Shown: positions 27,599 to 38,261, counted from the first letter of the stretch. The stretch: DNA of 64,000 nucleotides from Cytophagales bacterium (GCA_040218795.1 JAVJQT010000011.1:33157-97156), one strand, 5' to 3'. The notes: a model not told the origin generated them from the letters alone. Translations and numbers: made by a program.

Positions 27599-29854
27599 TT
27601 AAATTTTACTGTGCTTTAACCTTAAACTATTCAGCACCACGGATACGGAACTAAAGGCCATCGCTCCTCCGGCAATCATGGGGTCAAGTAGAAATCCATT
27701 GATTGGGAACAATATGCCCGCAGCTATTGGAATACCAATTAGATTGTAAATGAAAGCCCAGAAGAGATTCTGACGCACACCCATCACTGTCTTTTTGGAT
27801 AATTGAAATGCTTTTGGAATGGCCAGTAAATCTGAAGTAATAAGGGTCATCTTGGCCACATCCATGGCAATGTCCGAACCCTTGCCCATGGCGATACTTA
27901 CATCCGCCTGAGCCAATGCATGAGAGTCATTGATGCCATCGCCAACCATTGCAACGATCTTTCCTTCTGATTGAAGTTGCTTTGCAAAATCGGCCTTATC
28001 AGATGGCAATACTTCGGCTTTATAATGACGAATTCCTACCTGTCTGGCCACTGAAGCTGCCGTTACTTCATTGTCACCGGTCAGCATGTAAACTTCTATT
28101 CCTCGCTCTTGAAGAACCTGCATGGCTTCTTTTGAAGTAGCCTTGATCTGATCGGCAATAGCGATAACCGCCAATACATCATTTTCATTGGCGAAGTAAA
28201 CCACCGTCTTTGCTTCGTTCTGTAATTGTCGCACTTTCTCATCCAATTCGGCATTGAATTTGACATTCTTATCGATCATGAGCTTGCGATTTCCAATGTA
28301 GTAAATCACTTTATTGTGTAGCGCTTGCGCACCTTTTCCGGTAATGCTTTCAAATTGGGTGATAGAACCATTTTGTATTTTTTCGGTTTTTAGATGATTC
28401 ACGATTGCTTCGGCCAGCGGATGTTCGCTTTGTGCTTCAATGGCCAGCAAAATTTCCTTATTAATTTTTGTCTCCTTGCCTTTTGACCAGAAAGCATCCG
28501 TAACTACAGGTTTGCCTTCTGTAATCGTTCCGGTTTTATCCAGTAAGATGGCATTTACTTTATGGCCAAGCTCTAAGCTTTCAGCATCCTTGATGAGGAT
28601 ATTATTCTCAGCTCCTTTGCCCACTCCAACCATTATGGCCGTAGGTGTGGCTAGTCCAAGTGCACAAGGACAGGCAATTACAAGTACGGTAATAGAGGAA
28701 AGCAGGGCATAGGTAAAGGCATTGTCGCCTCCCAAAAGCATCCATACAATAAAGGTTAGAATCGCGATACCGATTACAATCGGAACAAAAATGCCTGCGA
28801 TTTTATCTACCAACTTTTGCACGGGTGCTTTACTACCTTGTGCCTCCTGCACCATTTTAATGATACTGGCCAGGACGGTTTCACCACCAACCTTCTCAGC
28901 GGTCATTTGAAAGCTTCCCTTTTGATTAACTGTACCTGCATATACCTGATCATGCGCTTCTTTATTCACGGGTACGGGTTCGCCGGTGATCATACTTTCA
29001 TCTACAAATGACTGACCATTGCTTACTTTACCATCTACCGGAATTTTCTCACCCGGACGGACAATCAAGGTATAGCCTGCCTTTACCGTGGCTATTGGAA
29101 TTTCAACTTCATCGCCTTCAATAATTGCTTTTACCGTTTTTGGCTGTAAGCCCATCAATTTCCTGATAGCCGAAGAAGTATTGGATTTGGCCTTTTCTTC
29201 GAGCAGTTTGCCCAATGAAATGAATGTAATGATCACTACCGCTGCTTCGAAATAGACATGGGCATGAAGGCCTCTGGCATGCCAGAAATTTGCAAAGAAG
29301 GTATTGAAAACGCTAAATGCATAGGCAATCCCTGTGCTCAGGGCCACCAAGGTGTCCATATTGGCTTTCAGATTTTTTGTTTGTTTCCAGGCATGTACAA
29401 AAAAGCTTTTACCGAAATAGAAAAGTACAATTGCGGAAAGCACCATGCTGATGTACTTACCTATTTCCCATTCCATAAAGAACATGCCGATTACAAATAC
29501 AGGTAGTGTAAGTATTGAGGACCAAATGAATCTGGTTTTAATGTCCTGATAATTTTTCTCCTGAAGTTCTTCCTGAACTTTAGAAGGATCTTCAACACCG
29601 ACAATAAGATCGTATCCGATGGATTGCACCGTGGATCGCAAATCATCGATACTAGCCACTAAAGGGTCGTATTCTACCCAGGCGCTTTGATTTGCATAAT
29701 TTACTCCGGCAGCCTTAACACCTGTTGTGTTGCTGAGCATTGATTCTACACTTACGGCACATGCGGCACAGGTCATGCCTGACACCGGAAATGTATGTTT
29801 GACAATGGCGCTATGCACCTCTGTCATTTCGTCTGTTAAATTAATTAATTCCAT
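27599..29854 (-). CDS. copA: copper-translocating P1B-type ATPase
   Basis: N-terminal [15 protein letters not shown], the TM CPC motif ([11 protein letters not shown]), phosphorylation site DKTGTIT, and the hinge GDGINDS. Confidence 0.95.
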   Translation of the reverse strand: MELINLTDEMTEVHSAIVKHTFPVSGMTCAACAVSVESMLSNTTGVKAAGVNYANQSAWVEYDPLVASIDDLRSTVQSIGYDLIVGVEDPSKVQEELQEKNYQDIKTRFIWSSILTLPVFVIGMFFMEWEIGKYISMVLSAIVLFYFGKSFFVHAWKQTKNLKANMDTLVALSTGIAYAFSVFNTFFANFWHARGLHAHVYFEAAVVIITFISLGKLLEEKAKSNTSSAIRKLMGLQPKTVKAIIEGDEVEIPIATVKAGYTLIVRPGEKIPVDGKVSNGQSFVDESMITGEPVPVNKEAHDQVYAGTVNQKGSFQMTAEKVGGETVLASIIKMVQEAQGSKAPVQKLVDKIAGIFVPIVIGIAILTFIVWMLLGGDNAFTYALLSSITVLVIACPCALGLATPTAIMVGVGKGAENNILIKDAESLELGHKVNAILLDKTGTITEGKPVVTDAFWSKGKETKINKEILLAIEAQSEHPLAEAIVNHLKTEKIQNGSITQFESITGKGAQALHNKVIYYIGNRKLMIDKNVKFNAELDEKVRQLQNEAKTVVYFANENDVLAVIAIADQIKATSKEAMQVLQERGIEVYMLTGDNEVTAASVARQVGIRHYKAEVLPSDKADFAKQLQSEGKIVAMVGDGINDSHALAQADVSIAMGKGSDIAMDVAKMTLITSDLLAIPKAFQLSKKTVMGVRQNLFWAFIYNLIGIPIAAGILFPINGFLLDPMIAGGAMAFSSVSVVLNSLRLKHSKI

Positions 29855-29933
29855 TTTGAGTTATTTTATGTTACAAAGTTCCTTTAAGCTGCATTTGCAA
29901 TTGTTACAGCATTACCGCTACCTGTTTCATAAT

Positions 29934-30506
29934 TTAAGGATGAGCATCATTACTGCGCAGGGCTGATGGATTCATTCCCGTGACGTGTTTAAACTGTCCT
30001 GACAAATGATATGGGCTGCTAAAACCACATTTGAAGGCAATCTCTGATAGGGATAATTGCGTGTAAGCAAGTAACTCTTTGGCCTTTTCTATCCGTTGCT
30101 CAATGAAGTATTTTTCAATGCTTTTCCCCTCATATTTGCTAAAGAGATCGCTAATCACATCATAGCTTTGATTCATTTTCCCCGAAAGAAAATCCGATAA
30201 GCGCGACACTCTTTCACCATGACTATTAAGTTCGGTCCATTCGGTAATTAATTGCTTAATCTTAATTAGAGCTAGTTCATTTCTATCGGAGAGCAATTGG
30301 AAACCCAATCCATTGAGCATGGAATTCATTTTGGCTTTTTCCTCCTGTTTTAATGGTTCATCAAAAATGACTTTGCCCAATCGAATGTCTTTAATGGAGT
30401 AGCCCGCTGCTAGAAATAATTCCCGAATGGTATAAATGCACCTGTTGCACACCATTCCTTTAATATTGATTTCACGAATTTCTTCCATGATCAATGTTTC
30501 TAACAA
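29934..30506 (-). CDS. AraC-family regulator with an N-terminal HMA-like metal-binding domain
   Basis: N-terminus INIKGMVCNRCIYTI (HMA-like CxxC). C-terminal AraC HTH (LSEIAFKCGFSSPYHLSGQFKHVTGMNPS). Confidence 0.8.
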   Translation of the reverse strand: MLETLIMEEIREINIKGMVCNRCIYTIRELFLAAGYSIKDIRLGKVIFDEPLKQEEKAKMNSMLNGLGFQLLSDRNELALIKIKQLITEWTELNSHGERVSRLSDFLSGKMNQSYDVISDLFSKYEGKSIEKYFIEQRIEKAKELLAYTQLSLSEIAFKCGFSSPYHLSGQFKHVTGMNPSALRSNDAHP

Positions 30507-30562
30507 AATTGATGCATGGATGTAGAAAAAGTGTTACATCATTTCGGCTGTCTGTTTCAAGA

Positions 30563-31141
30563 TTATGTGATCTGATCGATGGATCTGCGGATAGAATTGT
30601 CCCTGTTTTCTTTGAATTGGGAAGGGCTCAGGCCGGTCACTTTTTTGAATTGTGTAGAGAGATGAGCCACACTGCTGTAACCCAACTGATAGGCTATTTC
30701 CTTCACCGAAAGTTCATCGTAGAAAAGGTATTCCTTCACTTTTTCGATCTTTTGTTTGATGATGTATTGCTCCAGGGTGATGCCTTCCACTAAGGAAAAC
30801 AAGCTACTTATATGTGAATAATCTTCGTCTAATTTTTCAGCCAAATAATGCGACCAGTTTATCTTTAATTCAAAATGCTTATGATGATGGATTTTGTCAA
30901 TGACCAGGGATTTGGTTTTTTCGAGAAGCAGGCTTTTTCTGTCATCAATAAGTTCAAATCCCTTCTCCAATAATGCTTTTTTTATGGCGGTAGTCTGCCT
31001 TTCGTTTAGGGGATGAAGAAGTTTTACTTCTCCAAGATTGATTGCAACTGGCTCAACATCTATATCTCTAAATATGGCCTCCACTACCAATTTACAGCGA
31101 TTACAAACCATGTTTTTGATGTGGATTGATATAGTGCTCAT
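30563..31141 (-). CDS. AraC-family regulator with an N-terminal HMA-like metal-binding domain (paralog of the previous gene)
   Basis: N-terminus IHIKNMVCNRCKLVV. C-terminal AraC HTH (VKEIAYQLGYSSVAHLSTQFKKVTGLSPS). Same architecture as its neighbour. Confidence 0.8.
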   Translation of the reverse strand: MSTISIHIKNMVCNRCKLVVEAIFRDIDVEPVAINLGEVKLLHPLNERQTTAIKKALLEKGFELIDDRKSLLLEKTKSLVIDKIHHHKHFELKINWSHYLAEKLDEDYSHISSLFSLVEGITLEQYIIKQKIEKVKEYLFYDELSVKEIAYQLGYSSVAHLSTQFKKVTGLSPSQFKENRDNSIRRSIDQIT

Positions 31142-31464
31142 AAGTTCATAAGGATATTGGTTATAAATTTAAATATTTCAGGAATCTTAATAAGGCAGGA
31201 GTATAAAAAGTTTTTATTGATTCGGACATCTATCAGCAATTGTCAAAAGAATTCTTGAATTACTTAGGATTGATTTGTAGGGGACAAATCATTTTTCTTA
31301 ATTTTTTGAGGGAAAGGCAGGGGAGACATACTCTTTTGGCATCTTTGGAATTTGAATGGCTTTGAGAAGAAAACAAACCGATAGATCTCGAACATCATTG
31401 AAAATAAGCAAGTAAGTGAGTAAATGTCTGTGGCTTTTGTGCTGGACTATATTTATCTTCGCAT

Positions 31465-31899
31465 ATGGCAGATGTGCACGATCCCGTTACCCGGTCATAC
31501 AATATGAGCCAGGTTAAAAGTAAAAACACGAAACCTGAATTGTTACTTCGAAAGAAACTATATTCCATGGGAATTAGATATAGAATAAACAACCAAAATA
31601 TTATCGGAAAACCGGATATCACAATTCAAAAATATAAATTGGTAATCTTTGTAGATGGAGATTTTTGGCATGGTCGTAATTGGCAAATAAAGAAATTCGA
31701 AATAAAAAGTCGTAGAGAATTTTGGTGGCCGAAAATTGAAAAGACCATTCACAGAGACGAAAAGGTAACTCACACCTTAAAAAGTAATGGTTGGACAGTA
31801 GTTAGAATTTGGGAAAAAGATATTTTAGAAAATTCAGACATTTACATTAATAAAATTTACAACATAATTAAGAAGCGGAAGAATGAAGAAATACAGTGA
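31465..31899 (+). CDS. vsr: very-short-patch repair endonuclease
   Basis: MADVHDPVTRSYNMSQVKSKNTKPEL...GKPDI...IFVDGDFWHG is a classic Vsr signature. Overlaps the downstream m5C methyltransferase gene by 17 bp. Confidence 0.9.
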   Translation: MADVHDPVTRSYNMSQVKSKNTKPELLLRKKLYSMGIRYRINNQNIIGKPDITIQKYKLVIFVDGDFWHGRNWQIKKFEIKSRREFWWPKIEKTIHRDEKVTHTLKSNGWTVVRIWEKDILENSDIYINKIYNIIKKRKNEEIQ

Positions 31900-33103
31900 G
31901 ATCAAAAAAGATTTAAAATTTAGTCAAAAAAACTTTGATGATACACGATTATCGGCTTTTACACATTATTTGCAATCCAGTAATAATGGAACAAATTCAT
32001 ATTTTATTGAATCAGCTTCTGATTATTACAATGAAAATGCTCCTGATGTTCATGATACTTCTCCTCTTGATTTGCTTTTACCAATAAAATGGGATATTCC
32101 TTTTCCTCCTCCTGATAAACCTAAATTTAAATTTATAGACCTTTTTGCCGGCATTGGAGGTTTTAGAATTGCAATGCAGAAATTAGGTGGTAAATGCGTC
32201 TTCACAAGTGAATGGGACGATAAAGCTAAAATAACATATGAAGCAAATTTTGGTGAAGTTCCATTTGGTGATATTACTCTTGAAGGAACTAAGAAATATA
32301 TTCCTGATGGTTTTGATATATTATGTGCGGGATTTCCTTGTCAAGCATTTAGCATTGCCGGAAAAAGAGGTGGATTTAATGATACCAGAGGCACACTATT
32401 TTTTGATGTTGCTGAAATAATAAGGCGAAAAAGGCCAAAGGCTATTTTTCTTGAAAATGTAAAGGGATTGTTTAATCACAGAAGTGGGCGTACACTTGCG
32501 ACAATCCTTAATGTTTTAAGAAATGATTTAGACTATTTTGTTCCTGAACCAAAAATTATAAATGCAAAAGATTTTGGAACTCCCCAAAATCGAGAAAGAA
32601 TATATATAGTAGGATTTGACAAAAAATTGGGTATTTCAGAATTTGAATATCCAGAACCTTTAAATCAAAATGTAGCTTTCGAAGACATCAAAGAGAATAA
32701 TGAAGTTTCAGTAAAATATTATTTGTCTACACAATACCTAAAGACCCTACGTGAACACAGAAAACGTCATGAAAGTAAAGGTAATGGATTCGGTTTTGAA
32801 ATAATTCCGGATGATGGCACGGCCAATGCAATAGTATGTGGCGGAATGGGAAGAGAAAGGAATCTTGTTATTGACGATCGATTGACCAATTTCCAACCAA
32901 TTACACATATAAAAGGAGAAGTTAATCGTGAAGGTATACGAAAAATGACTCCTCGTGAATGGGCGAGACTGCAAGGTTTCCCTGATACATTTAAAATCCC
33001 GGTTGCAGATGCTTCTGCCTACAAACAATTTGGGAATTCGGTGGCTATACCAGCAATTCAAGCCACTGCCGAAGTTATCTTGATGGCATTAAATGTTTCT
33101 TAG
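31883..33103 (+). CDS. dcm: DNA (cytosine-5)-methyltransferase
   Basis: Motif I FIDLFAGIGGF, motif IV GFPCQAFS, motif VI ENVKGL, motif VIII QNRERIYIVG and motif X QFGNSVAIP. Confidence 0.95.
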   Translation: MKKYSEIKKDLKFSQKNFDDTRLSAFTHYLQSSNNGTNSYFIESASDYYNENAPDVHDTSPLDLLLPIKWDIPFPPPDKPKFKFIDLFAGIGGFRIAMQKLGGKCVFTSEWDDKAKITYEANFGEVPFGDITLEGTKKYIPDGFDILCAGFPCQAFSIAGKRGGFNDTRGTLFFDVAEIIRRKRPKAIFLENVKGLFNHRSGRTLATILNVLRNDLDYFVPEPKIINAKDFGTPQNRERIYIVGFDKKLGISEFEYPEPLNQNVAFEDIKENNEVSVKYYLSTQYLKTLREHRKRHESKGNGFGFEIIPDDGTANAIVCGGMGRERNLVIDDRLTNFQPITHIKGEVNREGIRKMTPREWARLQGFPDTFKIPVADASAYKQFGNSVAIPAIQATAEVILMALNVS

Positions 33104-33755
33104 AAAAATAAAAGATATTCGAATTATTGGTGATGAGATTCATGCCATTCGTAAAACTAAAATCACTACTAAAGAACTTGAACTACAGATTTCAGACTTA
33201 CAATATTCGGGTCAAAAATTGGAATTAGAGGAAAATGTAGAGCAAGCACAATTACCTCCATTTGTTCAAGTATTTTACTATTATTTTTTTGCCTTTCTTA
33301 AAATTCCTTCTGAAGTCGAATTTTGGAATATTTACAATAGCTGGATTAATCCGAAAAAAAAGGAAACTATTGTTATAAAAAACAAAAAATTAAAAACTCT
33401 AAATATAAAATCCAGACTTTTAAGAACTTATCCATCATTGATTAGAGACCTTCATTTTTTGTACTTATTGAATGAATCACGAAAGTTCGATTCAATTGAA
33501 TATTCAATGCATCGTGACTATTTTGATGGTATTGATTTACGAGTTAGGTATAAAAATGTTGATTCTTATATTTCACTTTATATTAATACAGAAAGAGGAG
33601 ATTTCTATAAAAAGAGAAAAACGAAAAGGCATGATTATTCTGTTATAAATGAAATAGAATTCAAAGTAAATTTTGATGAATTAAAAAAATGCGGTAGTAT
33701 TTATTTATTAAAGGAATTTCACGTTCATACTTTGATAAACTTAATTGATGAATAA
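33093..33755 (+). CDS. hypothetical protein inside the R-M operon (function unknown)
   Basis: 220 aa, Lys/Asn/Ile-rich. Overlaps both neighbours by 11 bp, which suggests translational coupling. No motif I can name confidently. Confidence 0.5.
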   Translation: MFLRKIKDIRIIGDEIHAIRKTKITTKELELQISDLQYSGQKLELEENVEQAQLPPFVQVFYYYFFAFLKIPSEVEFWNIYNSWINPKKKETIVIKNKKLKTLNIKSRLLRTYPSLIRDLHFLYLLNESRKFDSIEYSMHRDYFDGIDLRVRYKNVDSYISLYINTERGDFYKKRKTKRHDYSVINEIEFKVNFDELKKCGSIYLLKEFHVHTLINLIDE

Positions 33756-34857
33756 AGAAAAATTAACTGGAAATAAGGGTGAATGGAGTGAGTTATATGT
33801 TTTATTCAAACTTTTGGCTGAAGCAAAGCTTTATTCAGCTGACGAAAATCTAAATAGAACTCATAATAATGTTGATGTTAAATCAATAAATAGAGTTGAT
33901 TCAGTCAGACAACTCATTTATGAAATTGATGATGGAGATGGAATAATAAATATTATTGATGGATTAAGAAATGAAAAAATAAAATCTTTAACTAAGACGG
34001 AAGCAATTAATCTTTCAACTAAATTAGTTAATGAAATTAAAAGTGGTGCAGGAAGAGCATTTTCCGTAAGTAAAAGATTAAAGGCTCTTCTCAATAAGTA
34101 TGAAATAACTAAAGTCTCTGAAAAATCATCCAGTAAAAGCGATATTGATATTAAAATTTATGATCCAAAACATTCTTTGACAAGTCAGCAAAAGTTCAGT
34201 ATAAAATCCCTTTTAGGAAGTCAACCAACATTGTTTAATGCAAATAAAACCACAAATATAATTTACAAACTAACAGGTCAAAATGGTAGTCCACTTACTG
34301 GTAAACAAGTCGAGGAAATTAATAAAATTGGTAATCCTTATAAGTATATTAAACGGACTAAGGATATAGTTAATAAAGGATTTAAGATTAAATTTCATTC
34401 CTTTCAGGATGACACATTTAAGTTAAATCTTCAATTAATAGACAGTGATTTACCAGTGATCATTGCTAGTATCGTATTGGATAAATACCTCAAAGAGATA
34501 ACAAAAATTACTGATGTAATTCAGGAATTGAACAAATCAAACCCTATGGGATATGATTTGACACAAGGACATAATTTCTATGAATATAGAATTATTAATT
34601 TCTTGATTGAATCAGCCTTGGGAATGACCTCAAAAACTGTTTGGACTGGGGAATATGATGTAATTGGTGGAATTATAATCGTTAAGCCAAATGAAGAAGT
34701 TCTATGCTATCATTTGATTGACTTTAATAAATTTAAAACTTATTTAAAAAACTCTTGTCGAATTGACAATCCATCAGGCTCTAAAATGGGCTATGGTAAT
34801 GTTTACAAAGACAATGGAGAAACATTTATTAAGTTGAATTTTCAGATTAAAGCGTAA
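33745..34857 (+). CDS. HpaII-family type II restriction endonuclease (likely)
   Basis: The N-terminal GNKGEWSELYVLFKLLAEAKLYSADENL and the ~370-aa size match my recollection of the RE_HpaII family. Operon context with an m5C MTase and Vsr fits. Confidence 0.65.
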   Translation: MMNKEKLTGNKGEWSELYVLFKLLAEAKLYSADENLNRTHNNVDVKSINRVDSVRQLIYEIDDGDGIINIIDGLRNEKIKSLTKTEAINLSTKLVNEIKSGAGRAFSVSKRLKALLNKYEITKVSEKSSSKSDIDIKIYDPKHSLTSQQKFSIKSLLGSQPTLFNANKTTNIIYKLTGQNGSPLTGKQVEEINKIGNPYKYIKRTKDIVNKGFKIKFHSFQDDTFKLNLQLIDSDLPVIIASIVLDKYLKEITKITDVIQELNKSNPMGYDLTQGHNFYEYRIINFLIESALGMTSKTVWTGEYDVIGGIIIVKPNEEVLCYHLIDFNKFKTYLKNSCRIDNPSGSKMGYGNVYKDNGETFIKLNFQIKA

Positions 34858-35018
34858 GTAATTCATATAATTTCTATTTAATTATATAGTTATTTTGGCT
34901 TATCTACAGGTTTATTTGTTGAACTATTCTTATAATAATATCACATAATATGTTTCATATAGAACGATAATGTAGCTTAAGATACAACTGCAAGAATTAT
35001 AGTAAGGATTTAGTTAGT

Positions 35019-35060
35019 CGGATTCTTCAATTCATGTTAATTTCTAGAATCCGTTTTTTA
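35019..35060 (+). terminator. rho-independent terminator ending the R-M operon
   Basis: CGGATTCT-(19 nt loop)-AGAATCCG is a perfect 8-bp stem, followed by TTTTTT. Confidence 0.65.
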
Positions 35061-35182
35061 ATTTTTATGAATTTCGAATAATCATTTCGCTGTCAGAAAC
35101 GTCGAATAGGAGAGATAGTGATAAGAAATACCAAATGTGTGTGACTTTTGTTATGGATTATTGAGAATAGTATCTTTAAGCG

Positions 35183-36472
35183 ATGGAAATTTTTGAACAA
35201 GAACTTATATCCAAACCACAACTTGTAAAGAAATTTTACCTAATTGAATATTTCTATATCTTACTTAAAAGTGTTGATAATAACAAAGATCTTAATTCAA
35301 TTTTCGAATCCTTTAGAACGCTTAAGCACAAGTATCAGTTAGGTGAATCCAAGTATAAAAAATTAACACTTACGGATGAGGATCTTTCAAACAAGCAATT
35401 AACTAGATATATCTATACCCTGCAGCAAGTAATAAGTGAAGCTTTGGACTACGGGCTGATAAAAGAAGGTAAGGAAAAAAACACAGTCGAGTTAACAAAA
35501 AAAGGAGCTAACTTAATAGAATACTTTGATACTGATCGACAGATGTATAGTGAAATGCTATTAAAATTGATGGAGCATAAACACTATGCATTTTACCACC
35601 TCGTAAATTTATGCTATCGTGTCAATACTTTTAAGCAGGGCCTTCTAATATTACCTATATATTCTCCACTAAAGCTTGGTTTTGTAAAGAAAGAGATTAC
35701 CAAAACTGGACATATCTTAGCATATTTAGATAAGCTTACACACCAACTTCAAAATGATTTAAAGAAGTACACTGGTAAGAACAAAAGGCTAGGTAAGATC
35801 CAAAAAGAATTAGTAACTGAATTGGTTTCTGATGGTTTTCTTATAAGTGAAAATCCAAAATCTAATTTTGATCTTTCTCGATATAATTCGATTCTAAGAA
35901 AAATACGAAGTTATTGGTTGAACTTTATTCTTAAGAATATTTATGATTACACTTACTCTTTTGATACTTTTAATATTTGGGCAGAACGGGGTAAACAATT
36001 GGGTATATTGCAGTCAACTGAGTTTTATCCAGGAGTAAATGGTAGGATGGTATATCCTACATCAATTCTCAAAAAGGCGGTTAAGAATAATGATTTTAAA
36101 GAAGTATATTCATATACAAATAGTGATAAACTTTATTTGCACAAACCGAAGTGGAAGGATAATCAAGAAAAATTTGTTGATACATTGCATTCTTCATATT
36201 TTGAATTAAGGAAGAATAGAAATAATAATTTGTTTGTTAACCTTACTGATTTGCGTGAGAAGGTTTGTTATAGGTTAAGGATTCCCACTTTTGTATTCGA
36301 TGATTTCTTAAACAAAACATATTTATTGAATTTAAAAGGGCAATTGAAAATTCAAATATCTTTAGAGGCTGATAGGTTGCCTCAAGAAACTAGTGCTATG
36401 TATCTTAAAAGAGAGCCTGTGCTAATCAATGGTAAGTATAAAAATATTATCGCAATAGATTACAAAAAATGA
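35183..36472 (+). CDS. hypothetical protein, possible winged-helix content (gene 1 of the four-gene operon)
   Basis: 429 aa. The segment QQVISEALDYGLIKEGKEKNTVELTKKGANLIEY looks MarR/wHTH-like. Its stop overlaps the next start (ATGA, 36469-36472). No family recognised. Confidence 0.6.
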   Translation: MEIFEQELISKPQLVKKFYLIEYFYILLKSVDNNKDLNSIFESFRTLKHKYQLGESKYKKLTLTDEDLSNKQLTRYIYTLQQVISEALDYGLIKEGKEKNTVELTKKGANLIEYFDTDRQMYSEMLLKLMEHKHYAFYHLVNLCYRVNTFKQGLLILPIYSPLKLGFVKKEITKTGHILAYLDKLTHQLQNDLKKYTGKNKRLGKIQKELVTELVSDGFLISENPKSNFDLSRYNSILRKIRSYWLNFILKNIYDYTYSFDTFNIWAERGKQLGILQSTEFYPGVNGRMVYPTSILKKAVKNNDFKEVYSYTNSDKLYLHKPKWKDNQEKFVDTLHSSYFELRKNRNNNLFVNLTDLREKVCYRLRIPTFVFDDFLNKTYLLNLKGQLKIQISLEADRLPQETSAMYLKREPVLINGKYKNIIAIDYKK

Positions 36473-37875
36473 GCAAGCTATTAAAAAAAGCTAAACAAGA
36501 ATTTAAAGATGAAAAAGGAAAATATGAGATTTATAATCTTAGAGAAAATCCTTTTCCTTCAACACCTATAGTAAATCAAGAAGATCAAGATATTCGATAT
36601 AACGGAGGAATATTTGAAGAGAAGATAAGACAAGAAGAGTGGAAAAAAGTTTATGATAACTTTTTAAAAGTTTCTCAAAGCAATCCTAACCATCTAAGAA
36701 TAGGCTATATATTGGATACTTCATACGTAGGAAGAGGGAATGGCAAATCCTCATTTTGTGTAAATCTTTTAAAAAGTATAAATGAGCAGTTTTGCTTAGA
36801 TATTTCTAATGAAGAGAATAAGTGCTTCGGATTATATGTTTCGCCTGAGCCAAGTGGTCGAACGAAATCATTCTATAATTTGGTTGATATCATATTTGAA
36901 AACTTAATTGATAATGATATCATTGATTCTTGTTTGGCGACGCTAAGACTAGAGGCACTCTTAAAAATTAAAGATGATTTTGATGTTAGTCAATTTGATT
37001 CGGACCAACAAATTGTAGATAAATTGAATTCCCCTGAATGGTTCAAAACAAATGAGATTGAGGTTGCTAAGGTTGCCAAAGAAATATTAAAGAATGAGTA
37101 TCTATCAAAGTTATCTCAAGGGTTTCCTTTGTTTAGAGATAGAAATAATTTTTTTGGAACAACTATCACTACAAAGGAAGATTTCAAGATATACTATTCT
37201 AATCTAAAAAAAGGACAACAAAGAATCGATTTTGTTTTCACTGACTTGGTTAAATTCTTTTTAGCCGCTGGATTTAATGGAGCATATATCTTTATAGATG
37301 ATTTTGAGAGAATACCTGATTTTCAAAGCGATAGACAAAAGAGAGAATTTGCTTTAGAGATTAGAACCAATTTCTTTGATGGCGTTTCAACTAATGCAAA
37401 ACTAGGGTTCTATAATTTATTTCTTATTCTTCATGCAGGAGTACCAAGATTGGTAGAAAAAGCTTGGGCTGAAGCTGGAATGGAGCAGAGAAGTCCAATT
37501 ATAACTGCAAGCCCAACATCAAACCATATAATCTTTTTTGAAAAGCTCACACCACAACATGGGGTCCTACTAATAAAGAGGTATATGGATGAATATAGGA
37601 TTAAACAAGAAAATGATAAAAATGAAAAATCAGTCAAACCCTTTACTGATGATGCAATACAAAGAATAGGGGAGATAACTGAAATGAATGCTGCAGGTAT
37701 ATTACAAAAAGCTCATCATGCATTAGAGAAAGGTGCAGAAAACAAAGTGGGCGAAATTGATTCTGAATATATAAAAGAATTATTTGGAGAAATAAAGAAG
37801 GTGGAACTAGAAAGTACAGATTTTGAGGATGAGGATGACACCGTAGATCTATTTAAAAAATCTGAAGAAGACTAA
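36469..37875 (+). CDS. divergent P-loop NTPase (gene 2 of the four-gene operon)
   Basis: Walker A-like GRGNGKSS (nt 36730-36753) and Walker B IFIDDFE (nt 37288-37308), about 185 aa apart. N-terminal ENPFPSTP resembles the lead-in of ORC/ExeA-type AAA ATPases. Acidic C-terminal tail. Confidence 0.7.
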   Translation: MSKLLKKAKQEFKDEKGKYEIYNLRENPFPSTPIVNQEDQDIRYNGGIFEEKIRQEEWKKVYDNFLKVSQSNPNHLRIGYILDTSYVGRGNGKSSFCVNLLKSINEQFCLDISNEENKCFGLYVSPEPSGRTKSFYNLVDIIFENLIDNDIIDSCLATLRLEALLKIKDDFDVSQFDSDQQIVDKLNSPEWFKTNEIEVAKVAKEILKNEYLSKLSQGFPLFRDRNNFFGTTITTKEDFKIYYSNLKKGQQRIDFVFTDLVKFFLAAGFNGAYIFIDDFERIPDFQSDRQKREFALEIRTNFFDGVSTNAKLGFYNLFLILHAGVPRLVEKAWAEAGMEQRSPIITASPTSNHIIFFEKLTPQHGVLLIKRYMDEYRIKQENDKNEKSVKPFTDDAIQRIGEITEMNAAGILQKAHHALEKGAENKVGEIDSEYIKELFGEIKKVELESTDFEDEDDTVDLFKKSEED

Positions 37876-37889
37876 AACGCATCGCATTT

Positions 37890-38261
37890 ATGGATAAGTT
37901 TTGTTTAACTAAAAGGCAGTGTAAACAGCTTCTTGACAATGAGCTATTCGGAATATTAGATGAAAGTGAAGATGACCCTGACTTAATTGCAATTATAGAA
38001 AGAGCAAGAGATTATTATGAAATAGAAATAGTTGTGTTTAATTATTTCATTTCAAAACTTTTGGAACAATATCAAAAAAAAGATGCGTCAAAGTGCAATA
38101 AGGTAATTGAGTATATAAGTGAAATAGATAAAAAGATGTTCGCAACACTAGAAGAGTTCGATTCAAAATTCATAGACTTGATGATGACGAGAAGTATGCC
38201 TAGTAAACTCAACACTCTTGAAGAGGATCTATTGGAAATAAGAAACTCTTTTCATGGCTAA
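37890..38261 (+). CDS. small acidic helical hypothetical protein (gene 3; possible antitoxin or adaptor)
   Basis: 123 aa. Starts 14 bp after the ATPase stop, and its stop overlaps the PIN gene start by 8 bp. No recognisable DNA-binding motif. Confidence 0.55.
   Translation: MDKFCLTKRQCKQLLDNELFGILDESEDDPDLIAIIERARDYYEIEIVVFNYFISKLLEQYQKKDASKCNKVIEYISEIDKKMFATLEEFDSKFIDLMMTRSMPSKLNTLEEDLLEIRNSFHG

Noticed and set aside
29869-30538. Heptamer TGTTACA recurring in the copA / AraC intergenic regions (29869-29875, 29902-29908, 30532-30538) as a possible AraC operator half-site
   Set aside because: The same heptamer also occurs in an unrelated promoter (11628-11634). I cannot compute its background frequency in this AT-rich DNA, so enrichment is unproven.
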